Below, in pieces: positions 6,683 through 14,634 of a DNA stretch of 45,750 nucleotides. How positions within the stretch are numbered: position 1 is the stretch's first letter; each line of letters starts with the position of its first letter. The translations under genes and the position numbers were made by a program. The notes under the pieces were generated by a model. The model was given only the letters and a program-made list of their open reading frames with translations. It was not told the origin of the DNA and searched no databases. The stretch is from a virus. Where the stretch lies: the IMG/VR virus record IMGVR_UViG_3300012347_000336; one strand, given 5' to 3'.

Positions 6683-6707
6683 GGGGCCTCGGTGTGAAGG
6701 AGGCCCC
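6683..6707 (-). promoter_or_regulatory. GC-rich stem-loop between recT and the HTH gene
   Basis: GGGGCCTC (6683-6690) pairs with GAGGCCCC (6700-6707) around a 9-nt loop. There is no U-tract on the transcribed (minus) strand. Confidence 0.4.
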
Positions 6708-6713
6708 GTTGTT

Positions 6714-7556
6714 TTAGATGGGCGAGTCGTCTGGGTTGCCTGCCGGTGCAGCTTCGCGGTGTGGCACGTCGATCACGCCGTCGTCGTCATGCTCTGGCGT
6801 TTGCTGTGGGGCCTGTGCTGCGACTTTGTCTAGTCGGCTAGGGCGTTTGCTTGCCGATGCTGCTGGAGCGGCTTGTGGCGCTTCCTGCTGCGCTTCTGCT
6901 GGTGGCATGAACAGCTCGTCGTCTTCGTGCATGACGCCGTCGATGTCTGTGCTCAGTGGCAGGCGTTTGCTGTGGCGTCGCACAACAGTTTTCTTGGCCA
7001 TCTCGGCGAAGTCTGAAACCCAAGGGCCTGACTTGCCACTGCGGCTTCGGCCTCGGATGGCGTTGACGTCCTCGACGCTCATGACCTCGCGGGACTTCTC
7101 GCCGTCCTTCATGCTGACGATGCTGTACACCGCGATCAGCTGGCCGCGATTGGAGAGGGCTGGCTTGTGGGTGATGTGCTCCTCGTCGCCAAGGCAGAAG
7201 TCGAATTGGTCGTTTTCGTAGACCGCTTGCACGCTCCATGTGCTGATCTCGCCGCTGTTGCGCACCAGCTTCATGATGCCTGCGACCATTGGCATCCATT
7301 GGGCTTGATTGCCAAAGGTGACGATCGCGCCTTCGCGTCCGTCGGGTAATAGGCCCATCTGCGCTGCCTTGGTCGCGGCTCCGAAGAGTGTGCGTCTGTC
7401 GGCGTCAAGCAGGGCTGGGTTTGTTTGCACAGCGGTCAGCGTGACGCGCACGAATTTCTCGACGCTTACGTGGGCTGGTAATGCTGCTTTGAACTGGGGG
7501 GCCATCTTCTCGATGGCGTGTCGCACTTCTTGCACGACGAGCTGGTTGTTGCTCAT
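6714..7556 (-). CDS. recT: RecT-family single-strand annealing recombinase
   Basis: The N-terminal pattern 'IEKMAPQFKAALPAHVSVEKFVRVTLTAVQTNPALL...LFGAATKAAQMGLLPDG.EGAIV' and the later 'KSGPW..DFAEMAKKTVVRR' are typical of RecT. It is adjacent to an exonuclease gene. Confidence 0.9.
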   Translation of the reverse strand: MSNNQLVVQEVRHAIEKMAPQFKAALPAHVSVEKFVRVTLTAVQTNPALLDADRRTLFGAATKAAQMGLLPDGREGAIVTFGNQAQWMPMVAGIMKLVRNSGEISTWSVQAVYENDQFDFCLGDEEHITHKPALSNRGQLIAVYSIVSMKDGEKSREVMSVEDVNAIRGRSRSGKSGPWVSDFAEMAKKTVVRRHSKRLPLSTDIDGVMHEDDELFMPPAEAQQEAPQAAPAASASKRPSRLDKVAAQAPQQTPEHDDDGVIDVPHREAAPAGNPDDSPI

Positions 7557-7596
7557 GGGTTTCTCCTAAAAGTACCGGTGGCCGACCGGTGGCGGT

Positions 7597-7613
7597 GTTG
7601 CTTGTTTTGCAAC
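7597..7613. promoter_or_regulatory. GTTGC-N7-GCAAC inverted repeat between the exonuclease gene and recT
   Basis: GTTGC (7597-7601) and GCAAC (7609-7613). The half-sites match those in the early control region (9673-9707). Confidence 0.3.
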
Positions 7614-7619
7614 AGTGTA

Positions 7620-8579
7620 TCACGCTTTAGTGGGCTTGCGTGTGTTTATTCGTAATCCTCGAAAGCCTTTTCGACCGCCGTAGGTTTTGCCGATCATGTC
7701 TTCTGTGATGATGGTTGGTGGTGTGTCAGCCTGCATGGCTGCGCTGATGGTGAAGCCTGGCAGCAGGACTTTCTCGGCGTCGCCAATGTGCTCGAGCAGC
7801 TTGGCTTTGCAGGCCTGTTTGTCTTCTTCCCAGTTGGCCGCTTGTGTTGCCGCGTTTTTGTAGTCGTTCACCAAGCCGATCAGCACTTCGTCTGTGCTGG
7901 CGTCGAGTACTTTGCCTGGCTGTGCGTACTGGTTGAGCCTGATCACCACGTCTGCGTCTTGTGGCATGACCGGCATGGGCTCCTCGTTGGCGTCGATGGT
8001 GCGCCAGAACTCGGCCACCTTGGCTTTGATGGCCGCAATGACTTGCTCGTCGCGCTGGCGCTCAATGACGACGCCTCGGTTGCCTGCGATGAATGCGCCA
8101 ATGAATGATCGGGTGAATCCGCTCACGGCCATCTGGTGCTGCACCTGCATCTCGATGTGCTCAGGTGCCTCGATGCTGCCATCGTCGTGCTCGATCCAGC
8201 CGTCGCGGAATGCGAGGTAGTCGACGTTCTTAATCTCCAGATGCGCTGGGCCACCTTCGAGGTTGGTGATCATAAAGTCGAACGAGCTGCCGATGCGTGC
8301 GTCTGGGTCGCGCATGTAGTCCTTGAGCGGCACGATTTCCCAGCCTTGTTCCTCTGCGATGCCGTGGGCGATGGCGGCTTCCAGTCGGTTGCCCCACTTC
8401 ATGCGCTCGTTGACCTTGAAGTCTGGCGTCACGTTGTTGCGTTTGCGATGCCACAAGTCGAAGTGCGTCAGGTATGGGCTCATGCCAAACAGCGCGGCTG
8501 ATTCGGTGCTGGTGACGTCTAGCTTGCGCAGCTCCAGCCATTGCTGCTCGCTGGTGGTTTTGATGATTTCGGTTGTCAT
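7620..8579 (-). CDS. YqaJ/lambda-Exo-like recombination exonuclease (PD-(D/E)XK) with a C-terminal extension
   Basis: 'QQWLELRKLDVTSTESAALFGMSPYLTHFDLWHRK' and 'LEIKNV' match YqaJ viral recombinase exonucleases. It is paired with recT. Confidence 0.85.
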   Translation of the reverse strand: MTTEIIKTTSEQQWLELRKLDVTSTESAALFGMSPYLTHFDLWHRKRNNVTPDFKVNERMKWGNRLEAAIAHGIAEEQGWEIVPLKDYMRDPDARIGSSFDFMITNLEGGPAHLEIKNVDYLAFRDGWIEHDDGSIEAPEHIEMQVQHQMAVSGFTRSFIGAFIAGNRGVVIERQRDEQVIAAIKAKVAEFWRTIDANEEPMPVMPQDADVVIRLNQYAQPGKVLDASTDEVLIGLVNDYKNAATQAANWEEDKQACKAKLLEHIGDAEKVLLPGFTISAAMQADTPPTIITEDMIGKTYGGRKGFRGLRINTRKPTKA

Positions 8580-8962
8580 TTGGTTTCTCCTTCTAATTCT
8601 GCGAGTTGTTTGCGTAGTCGATCTGCTTTGGCTTTTTTCTCTGCTTCTCGTTCCTCTGCTTCTTTGACTTTCAACAGCTCGTAAGTCGACTGGTTGATCA
8701 AGCCGTTGTGAAAGGCATCCCCTGCACTCAGATAGTCGCCGAGCGGTATGTCGCTTGACCCGTAAAACGATGGCTCCACTTCAATTGTTGGGGCCTCGTC
8801 GTAACTTCCGCCCTCGGCGCTGAGCGCAAGGTAGCAACCCGTATCTGTGACGATGACAACGCCAACATCACGCTTCCCACATGGGTTTTCAATCACCGCT
8901 TTGATGGTGTGCCCAACAAGGCTGTCAAGGCTGCGAAGTTGAATATCTTGGTCTAAGCTCAT
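8576..8962 (-). CDS. Hypothetical protein (128 aa) with a charged coiled-coil C-terminus
   Basis: ATGA overlaps at both ends (8959-8962 and 8576-8579). Confidence 0.75.
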   Translation of the reverse strand: MSLDQDIQLRSLDSLVGHTIKAVIENPCGKRDVGVVIVTDTGCYLALSAEGGSYDEAPTIEVEPSFYGSSDIPLGDYLSAGDAFHNGLINQSTYELLKVKEAEEREAEKKAKADRLRKQLAELEGETK

Positions 8963-9306
8963 TTGGTTTCTCCGGTTGCTTTAACGATGGCTGCGCGGGC
9001 TTGCTGTGCGGCCTCCTGCGCATCTTGTAGCGTGGTCGTTCCACCCATCAGTCGCTTGAGCGCCTCCAGCAGATCAGGCGCTGCGGCGATCAGGCGGGCG
9101 TCTGCTGCGCCTCCTTGTTTTATTCCACGAAGCTCATAGCAGACGTTGCCTTCGTCGTTCCATGTGCAGTAGCCGACTTCCCACGGCCCTGGTGTGTGTT
9201 GTGTTGTCATAGTGGTGCCTCTGGTAGTTGTTGACGTTGCTGGGTTTGGTACGCTTTTTGTTGAGCCTGCGTCCATGGCTGTGCTGGGAATGGTGGGAAT
9301 GGCCAC
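8959..9306 (-). CDS. Hypothetical protein with the 'TPGPWE...ARLIAAAPDLLEAL' motif (start uncertain)
   Basis: The conserved-looking core starts at MTTQHTPGPW (ATG 9210, 83 aa). The track form starts at GTG 9306, adjacent to the upstream stop. Confidence 0.65.
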   Translation of the reverse strand: MAIPTIPSTAMDAGSTKSVPNPATSTTTRGTTMTTQHTPGPWEVGYCTWNDEGNVCYELRGIKQGGAADARLIAAAPDLLEALKRLMGGTTTLQDAQEAAQQARAAIVKATGETK

Positions 9307-9307
9307 A

Positions 9308-9598
9308 TTACAGTCTTACTCCGGTTGCGTTAAAAATTCTGCGGTTCATCTCGCGGGCGAAGTCCGTGTCCATGGCCGCGTCGATCTCGCTTTGCAGGCG
9401 CTCGGCTCGGCAGTGTTTGCGGTACTCTTGTTCGAGGCTTTCGATCACCGTGTCGCTGAGCAGGTTGTAAATCTCGGCGCCGTTGACGTAGACGTGCCAG
9501 AGGTTGCTGGTGTAGTCCTCGAAGTAGCATTCAAGTGACGCGTCGCTGTCGTCGCGTGCGTTGGCTGTGTACATCGTGAGGTCGTCGTGTCGGCTCAT
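9308..9598 (-). CDS. First gene of the leftward early operon; acidic hypothetical protein (96 aa)
   Basis: The ATG at 9598 is preceded by AGGAGAACGCA, so the track's longer 110-aa form is not needed. By my count there are about 19 D/E against about 10 K/R. Confidence 0.7.
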   Translation of the reverse strand: MSRHDDLTMYTANARDDSDASLECYFEDYTSNLWHVYVNGAEIYNLLSDTVIESLEQEYRKHCRAERLQSEIDAAMDTDFAREMNRRIFNATGVRL

Positions 9599-9657
9599 TG
9601 CGTTCTCCTGTTGTGTTGCAATAACTGCATCATGCCACACAAATCCGGCCGAGTTGG

Positions 9658-9687
9658 ATTAAATGTGCATGAGTTGCTGAATTGCAA
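9658..9687 (-). promoter_or_regulatory. Candidate leftward early promoter (TTGCAA-N18-TTTAAT)
   Basis: Read on the minus strand, the -35 TTGCAA is at 9687-9682 and the -10 TTTAAT at 9663-9658. This sits about 50 nt upstream of the first leftward gene. Confidence 0.4.
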
Positions 9688-9707
9688 CAAACGCAACGTG
9701 TTGCGTT
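9673..9707. promoter_or_regulatory. Operator-like inverted repeats built from GTTGC/GCAAC half-sites
   Basis: The sites are GTTGC-tgaatt-GCAAC (9673-9688) and AACGCAAC-gt-GTTGCGTT (9690-9707, perfect 8-bp arms). They lie between and over the divergent promoters. A degenerate third site is at 9615-9631. Confidence 0.5.
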
Positions 9708-9710
9708 ATT

Positions 9711-9719
9711 TGCTACAAT
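9711..9719 (+). promoter_or_regulatory. Candidate rightward early promoter, extended -10 (TGcTACAAT)
   Basis: TGC plus TACAAT at 9711-9719. It ends 6 nt before the ATG at 9726, which implies a leaderless transcript. Confidence 0.45.
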
Positions 9720-9725
9720 CGCGGC

Positions 9726-9989
9726 ATGAATACACCAGACACACAAACAACTGACGACACGCCCGCTGGCAAGTGCATCGCTGCCTTTGGTGGCGTGCGT
9801 GCCTTGGCGCGTGAGCTTGGCCGTAACCCTTCGAGCATCAGCCGCTGGCGCAGTCCCAAAGAAGAGGGCGGCACTGGCGGCTCTGTGCCTGCGCAGTTGC
9901 AGGGTCGCGTCTTGGCTCTCGCTCGCGCCCGTGGCTTGAGCTTGGTGGCCGAGGACTTGATCTTGAAGGCTGCTGAGCATGGTGTCTGA
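9726..9989 (+). CDS. Cro/YdaS-like HTH transcriptional regulator (87 aa)
   Basis: 'AAFGGVRALARELGRNPSSISRWR' is a Cro/YdaS-type helix-turn-helix. It is the first gene of the rightward operon, next to the operator-like repeats. Confidence 0.7.
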   Translation: MNTPDTQTTDDTPAGKCIAAFGGVRALARELGRNPSSISRWRSPKEEGGTGGSVPAQLQGRVLALARARGLSLVAEDLILKAAEHGV

Positions 9990-10173
9990 TCGCCAGTTGG
10001 CGTCCATCGTTTCGGTGGATCGCTACGAGCTGCCGAGCAAAATTGCAGAACGCGCCGGTGTGCGCAGGTTGAGCAACGCCTCGCTTGGGCGCTTGCACCG
10101 TGCTGGCATCCTTGAGCGTGTGCCTGGCCCGACCTGCTTCATGTACCGGTCAAAACAGATGAGGATTAAATGA
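9979..10173 (+). CDS. Small hypothetical protein (64 aa), possibly DNA-binding
   Basis: It overlaps the upstream gene's stop by 11 nt and is ATGA-coupled to the helicase gene. Confidence 0.6.
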   Translation: MVSDRQLASIVSVDRYELPSKIAERAGVRRLSNASLGRLHRAGILERVPGPTCFMYRSKQMRIK

Positions 10174-11558
10174 CCATCACCCTGCGCCCATATCAGAACA
10201 CCTTGATCGAGCGTGCCCGTGCCAACTTCATTGCGGGCAAAACGAGCCAGCTCATCGTGCTGCCCACCGGTGGCGGCAAGACTGTGTGCTTCTCGTACAT
10301 GGTCAGCAACGCTGTGAAGAAGGGCCTGCGCGTTTGGGTGCTTGCCCATCGCGTCGAGCTGCTTGAGCAAATCTCGCGCACGCTCACCTCGTTCGATGTT
10401 GACCACGGCATGATCGCGCCCAGCTATATCGGCAATCGCCATTCGATGGTGCAGGTGGCTTCCGTGTTCACGCTGGTGCGCAGGCTCGACCGCTATGCTG
10501 CGCCCGACCTGATCATCGTGGACGAGGCTCACCATGCAATCAGCGACAGCACATGGGGTAAGGTGATCACAGCTTATCCACAGGCAAAACTGCTGGGCGT
10601 GACAGCCACACCGATTCGCTTGTCTGGCGAGGGCTTGCGCGACTTGTTCCAGTGCATGGTGCAAGGGCCTTCGATGCGCGACCTCATCGAGCTGGGGGCC
10701 TTGAGCCCGTACCGTTTGTTTGCGCCTGCCGGTGTCGATTTGTCCGGTGTGCACACGCGCATGGGCGACTACGTGCGTGGCGAGCTGGAGGCTGCGGTGG
10801 ACAAGCCGTCCGTGACCGGCGACGCTGTGGCTCACTATCAACGCCTCGCGCCTGGCCGTCGTGCCGTGGCGTTTTGCGTTTCTGTCAAGCACGCGCAGAA
10901 CGTGGCCGACCAATTCAACGCCAGCGGCATCGTGGCCAGAGCAATCGATGGCACCATGGAGCGCGACTTGCGTGCTGCCGTGCTGGCTGAGTTTGCCGAG
11001 GGTAAGGTGCAGGTGCTTGCCTCGTGCGACCTGATTTCCGAGGGGTTTGACGTGCCGGCCATCGAGGCTGCTATCTTGTTGCGCCCTACCCAGTCGTTGG
11101 GCTTGTACTTGCAGCAGGTTGGGCGCGCGCTGCGCACCTTCCCTGGCAAAACGGAGGCGATCATTCTTGACCATGCTGGCAACGTGAAGCGCCATGGCAT
11201 GCCGGACGAGGTGCGTGCGTGGTCGTTGGATGGCCAGCCAAAGAAGCACGGGGCCAAGAAGTCCGAAGTGCCCGTTAAGACCTGCGCCGAGTGCTTTGCC
11301 ACCGTGGCGTCTGTCGCAACGCATTGCAGTTGTGGCTATGAGTTCCCAGTGGTGGAGCGCGAGTTGAATCAGGTGGACGGTGAGCTCGAGGAAATCGACC
11401 AAGCCGCTGCCGTGAAGATGCGCAAGGCTGAGCAGGCGTTTGCTCAGGACGAGCAGACCTTGGTGGCGCTTGGCCGCAGCCGTGGCATGAAGCGTCCGGA
11501 GCTGTGGGCCCGTCATGTGTTGCGTGCGCGTCACGCGAAGGTTGCGCGTCGTGTCTGA
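10170..11558 (+). CDS. Superfamily-2 DNA helicase (ResIII/DEAH + Helicase_C) with a C-terminal Zn-ribbon
   Basis: Walker A 'LPTGGGKT', 'DEAH', 'VTATP' and helicase C motifs ('LLRPTQS', 'QQVGRALR'), plus the C-terminal 'CAECFATVASVATHCSCG'. Confidence 0.9.
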   Translation: MTITLRPYQNTLIERARANFIAGKTSQLIVLPTGGGKTVCFSYMVSNAVKKGLRVWVLAHRVELLEQISRTLTSFDVDHGMIAPSYIGNRHSMVQVASVFTLVRRLDRYAAPDLIIVDEAHHAISDSTWGKVITAYPQAKLLGVTATPIRLSGEGLRDLFQCMVQGPSMRDLIELGALSPYRLFAPAGVDLSGVHTRMGDYVRGELEAAVDKPSVTGDAVAHYQRLAPGRRAVAFCVSVKHAQNVADQFNASGIVARAIDGTMERDLRAAVLAEFAEGKVQVLASCDLISEGFDVPAIEAAILLRPTQSLGLYLQQVGRALRTFPGKTEAIILDHAGNVKRHGMPDEVRAWSLDGQPKKHGAKKSEVPVKTCAECFATVASVATHCSCGYEFPVVERELNQVDGELEEIDQAAAVKMRKAEQAFAQDEQTLVALGRSRGMKRPELWARHVLRARHAKVARRV

Positions 11559-11811
11559 GTGCCTTGGCTGTCGTCGCTGCGAATCTGGCCCTGTGGTGAC
11601 TTTGATCGATGGGCGCGTGGTGTGCAACTTCTGCGAGGACTGGCGCACCGAGTGCGAGGCTCGCCACGTTCTTTCGATGCCGCGCATTGACCAGCGTCGC
11701 TCGTACATCGCCGATGTGACCAAGCGTAGGGGTGAGGCTGCTGGCAACGCGTTTGCCAACCTGATTCGCGCTGTCCATGCGCACGCAAAGGCTCAACGTG
11801 ACCGAGGCTGA
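11551..11811 (+). CDS. Cys-rich (zinc-finger-like) hypothetical protein (86 aa)
   Basis: The GTG at 11551 overlaps the helicase stop by 8 nt. It carries 'CLGCRRC...CNFCEDW'. The start is uncertain (the track start is 11515). Confidence 0.55.
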   Translation: MSECLGCRRCESGPVVTLIDGRVVCNFCEDWRTECEARHVLSMPRIDQRRSYIADVTKRRGEAAGNAFANLIRAVHAHAKAQRDRG

Positions 11812-12112
11812 TCTCATGCGCTCGATCATGCTGGAGCTGTCAAAGGCTGGCCACATGGTGTTTCGCGGCAACGTTGGACTGTTCTTCACCAAGGACGGCA
11901 GGCCGGTCAAGTCTGGGCTACCCGTTGGGTTCTCCGATCTGTTTGGCTTCACCGACGATGGGCGTCCGTTTTTCCTTGAGGTCAAGACGGCAACTGGCCG
12001 AATCTCCCAAGCGCAGCACGCGTTTCTCAACGCAATGCGCAGCCGTGGCGCTCTTGCGGACGTCGTTCGGTCGGTTGATTCTGCCTTGTGGGTGTTGCGT
12101 AAACCGCAATAA
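11777..12112 (+). CDS. VRR-NUC domain nuclease
   Basis: 'EADLMRSIMLELSKAGHMVFRGNVG...GFSDLFGF...FFLEVKTATGRISQAQHAFL' matches the VRR-NUC PD-(D/E)XK core (D...EVK...Q). The start is uncertain (11777, 11795 or 11816). Confidence 0.85.
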   Translation: MRTQRLNVTEADLMRSIMLELSKAGHMVFRGNVGLFFTKDGRPVKSGLPVGFSDLFGFTDDGRPFFLEVKTATGRISQAQHAFLNAMRSRGALADVVRSVDSALWVLRKPQ

Positions 12113-12216
12113 CTATGGTACATTTCTTTCGGGGCTTGGTCTGACTAGCTATCAGGCGACGACGCATGACCCTGGCGAGTGCGGCCCCACCTTTTCGCCA
12201 GTTTTGAGAGCCAGGT

Positions 12217-14478
12217 ATGAACGCACAACAAGAATTTAGAGACGCCATTGCTGCTGCGGGGTTGACGCCCCCTGACGAAATCATTGGCGATGGCAAAATC
12301 CAGCGCTTTAGCTCAAACGGGACGCCCCGTGACAAGGCTGGCTGGTATGTGTTTCACGACGACGAGCGCCCTGCTGGCCGGTTTGGCTGCAACCGAGCGC
12401 AGGTTGACGCGACGTGGTCGTCAAAGAACAAGCGCGAGTTCACACCCGAAGAGAAGCGGGCATGGCGCAAGAAGATGGACGACGCCAAAGCGCAGCGCGA
12501 GGCCGACATGGCCTGTGAGCACGCCGAGTGCGCCGTCCGTGCTGCATCGATGTGGGAGCAGGCTCAGGAGATGAGCCACCCATACGGCGTGCGCAAGATG
12601 GTGGGCACCGAGGGAACGCGTGTTTTGAACGGTGAGCTGCTGATTCCTGTGCGCCATGGCCCTGGCCCGCTTGTTGGCCTGCAACGCATCCATGCCGATG
12701 GCGAGAAGCGGTTTCTCAAGGGCACGCCCATGGCCGGTGCTTATACCGTGCTGGGTAAGCCGTCGCGCCTCGGCCCCGTGGTGATTTGCGAGGGCTGGGC
12801 CACTGGCAAGTCGATCGAGCTGGCCACCGGCTACTGTGTGGTGGTGGCGTTCAACGCTGGCAACCTCGAAAACGTGGCCGTCAAGATTCGCAAGGCTTTG
12901 CCGGACGCGCTGATCATCATCGGTTGCGACGACGACTTCAAGACCAAGGGCAACCCTGGCATGGTTGCTGGCGCTGATGCTGCCCGCGCGGTCGGTGGTG
13001 TGGTTGCTTGGCCCGTTTGGATGAACGAGCAGACCGGTACCGACTTCAACGATTTGCACGCCGATGAGGGCTTGCAGGCTGTTCGTATGTGTTTTGAAGA
13101 CCCAAGGCCACCACGCGACTTCGAGCCGGAGGATAATCCGGTGCAGGTCAATGCGGCGAGTGACCCGTCCTCTACCGGCGCAGCAGCGGGTGAGATCACA
13201 AACAACCCCGCAAGCAGCGGAGACGTTACCTCTCTGGCGCCTGCCGCTGCACCCATTGACTACTACGGCTTTCTGCCCGACACCAACGACAAAGGTAAGC
13301 CGCTCTCGACCATCGAGAACTTGGCGACCATTGCGCGTCGCTTGGGCGTCATCATCCGCTACAACGTGATCAGCAAGGAGGAGGAGATTCTCATCCCAGA
13401 CGCTGGTTTCTCGTTGGACAACCGGCAAAACGCCAGCCTGTCGTGGCTGATCTCCGAGTGTGCCAAGTTCCGCATGCCCGTCGACCGCGTGCCGGACTTC
13501 GTGACCTACCTTGCCGACCAGAACCAGTACAACCCCGTGGCCGAGTGGGTGACCAGCTCGCCTTGGGATGGTCAGGATCATCTGGCCCAGCTCATTGCCA
13601 CGGTCAAAGCCAAGGGTGAGGACGCCGATCACCGCATCATGGCCATGAAGACCGCGTTCATGACCCGCTGGATGATTTCGGCCATCGCTGCCGCCTTCCG
13701 TCCGACCGGCGTATCTGCCCACGGTGTGCTCGTTTTTCAGGGTGCGCAGTACGTGGGCAAGACCAAGTGGTTCAAGTCCTTGGTACCCGACAGCATCGGT
13801 GTGCTCAAGGATGGCATGCTACTGCGCCCTGACGACCGTGATTCGGTGATGAAGTGCGTATCGAACTGGCTGGTGGAGCTGGGCGAGATCGACGCCACCT
13901 TCCGCAAGTCAGACGTGGCTGCGCTTAAGTCCTTCCTAACCTCCGACCGTGACGTCCTGCGCCGAGCCTATGCCCGCAAGGAGTCGGCGTTTGCCCGTCG
14001 CACCGTGTTCTTTGCTTCGGTCAACCCCAAGAACTACCTGCACGACGACACGGGCAACCGGCGCTACTGGACGATCGAGTGCGAGAAGCTCGACCACGAC
14101 CACAACGTGAACATGCAGCAGTGCTGGGCGCAGGTCTATGAGCAGCTTTACCGTCCTGGCGAGTCGTGGTTTCTTACAACTTCTGAGATGGCTTTGCTCA
14201 ACGACCACAACGAGGACTTCACCGTAATCGACCCAATTGAGGAGCTGATCACGAGCGGTTTGAAGTGGTCTGACCCGCGTTCGATGTGGAAATGGCGGAG
14301 CGCGACGGAGGTGATGGTGTCACTAGGAAAGCTGAATTGTTCCAAGGCTGAGGTGACCAAAGGGGGCATCATCATGCGCAAATTGAACGGCGAGCAGTCG
14401 AAACGCACCGGCAACACCCGCCTTTTGTACGTTCCTGACACCTCTATGACACCGGCACAAAATAGGAGTCACTTTTGA
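12217..14478 (+). CDS. DNA primase/helicase (N-terminal primase Zn-binding-like region + Toprim + VirE/P-loop domain)
   Basis: The N-terminus is 'GKIQRFSSNG...KAGWYVFHDDERPAGRFGCNRAQVDATW'. The Toprim-like segment is 'VVICEGWATG...GCDDD'. The C-terminal Walker A is 'GAQYVGKT', followed by the VirE-like 'LGEIDATFRKSDVAALKSFLT...RRAYARKESAFARRTVFFASVN'. Confidence 0.85.
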   Translation: MNAQQEFRDAIAAAGLTPPDEIIGDGKIQRFSSNGTPRDKAGWYVFHDDERPAGRFGCNRAQVDATWSSKNKREFTPEEKRAWRKKMDDAKAQREADMACEHAECAVRAASMWEQAQEMSHPYGVRKMVGTEGTRVLNGELLIPVRHGPGPLVGLQRIHADGEKRFLKGTPMAGAYTVLGKPSRLGPVVICEGWATGKSIELATGYCVVVAFNAGNLENVAVKIRKALPDALIIIGCDDDFKTKGNPGMVAGADAARAVGGVVAWPVWMNEQTGTDFNDLHADEGLQAVRMCFEDPRPPRDFEPEDNPVQVNAASDPSSTGAAAGEITNNPASSGDVTSLAPAAAPIDYYGFLPDTNDKGKPLSTIENLATIARRLGVIIRYNVISKEEEILIPDAGFSLDNRQNASLSWLISECAKFRMPVDRVPDFVTYLADQNQYNPVAEWVTSSPWDGQDHLAQLIATVKAKGEDADHRIMAMKTAFMTRWMISAIAAAFRPTGVSAHGVLVFQGAQYVGKTKWFKSLVPDSIGVLKDGMLLRPDDRDSVMKCVSNWLVELGEIDATFRKSDVAALKSFLTSDRDVLRRAYARKESAFARRTVFFASVNPKNYLHDDTGNRRYWTIECEKLDHDHNVNMQQCWAQVYEQLYRPGESWFLTTSEMALLNDHNEDFTVIDPIEELITSGLKWSDPRSMWKWRSATEVMVSLGKLNCSKAEVTKGGIIMRKLNGEQSKRTGNTRLLYVPDTSMTPAQNRSHF

Positions 14479-14504
14479 AAGCCTTGATTTCATTGGGTTT
14501 TTTT

Positions 14505-14535
14505 CACCTATACACCTATGACACCTATTACCTAA
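14505..14535. repeat. Iteron-like direct repeats, 3 x CACCTAT plus a degenerate TACCTAA
   Basis: CACCTAT occurs at 14505-14511, 14513-14519 and 14522-14528, and TACCTAA at 14529-14535. They lie in an AT-rich spacer just downstream of the primase-helicase gene. Confidence 0.6.
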
Positions 14536-14609
14536 AACTAAAGAAAATTAGGGATATAGGGAACGCGCGAGGGGCGCACACGAAAAACGGGCGCGTAATA
14601 GGAAAGCTG

Positions 14610-14634
14610 GTCACAGGTGACATGACGTGTCATG
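14610..14634. promoter_or_regulatory. Two abutting palindromes upstream of the late operon
   Basis: GTCAC-ag-GTGAC (14610-14621) and CATGAC-gt-GTCATG (14621-14634). They overlap the candidate -35 of the late promoter. Confidence 0.45.

Noticed and set aside
10023-11759. 578-aa minus-strand ORF spanning the helicase region
   Set aside because: It is fully antisense to a helicase gene with canonical motifs. Its composition is Arg/His/Leu/Ala-rich and typical of a high-GC shadow frame. It has no RBS and no coupling to neighbours.
12421-13722. 433-aa minus-strand ORF inside the primase-helicase gene
   Set aside because: It is a shadow ORF antisense to a well-supported 753-aa gene, with low-complexity R/G/H/V composition.
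14479-14504. T-run (gggttttttt) after the primase gene as an intrinsic terminator
   Set aside because: The preceding sequence (aagccttgatttcattggg) does not form a stable GC-rich stem.
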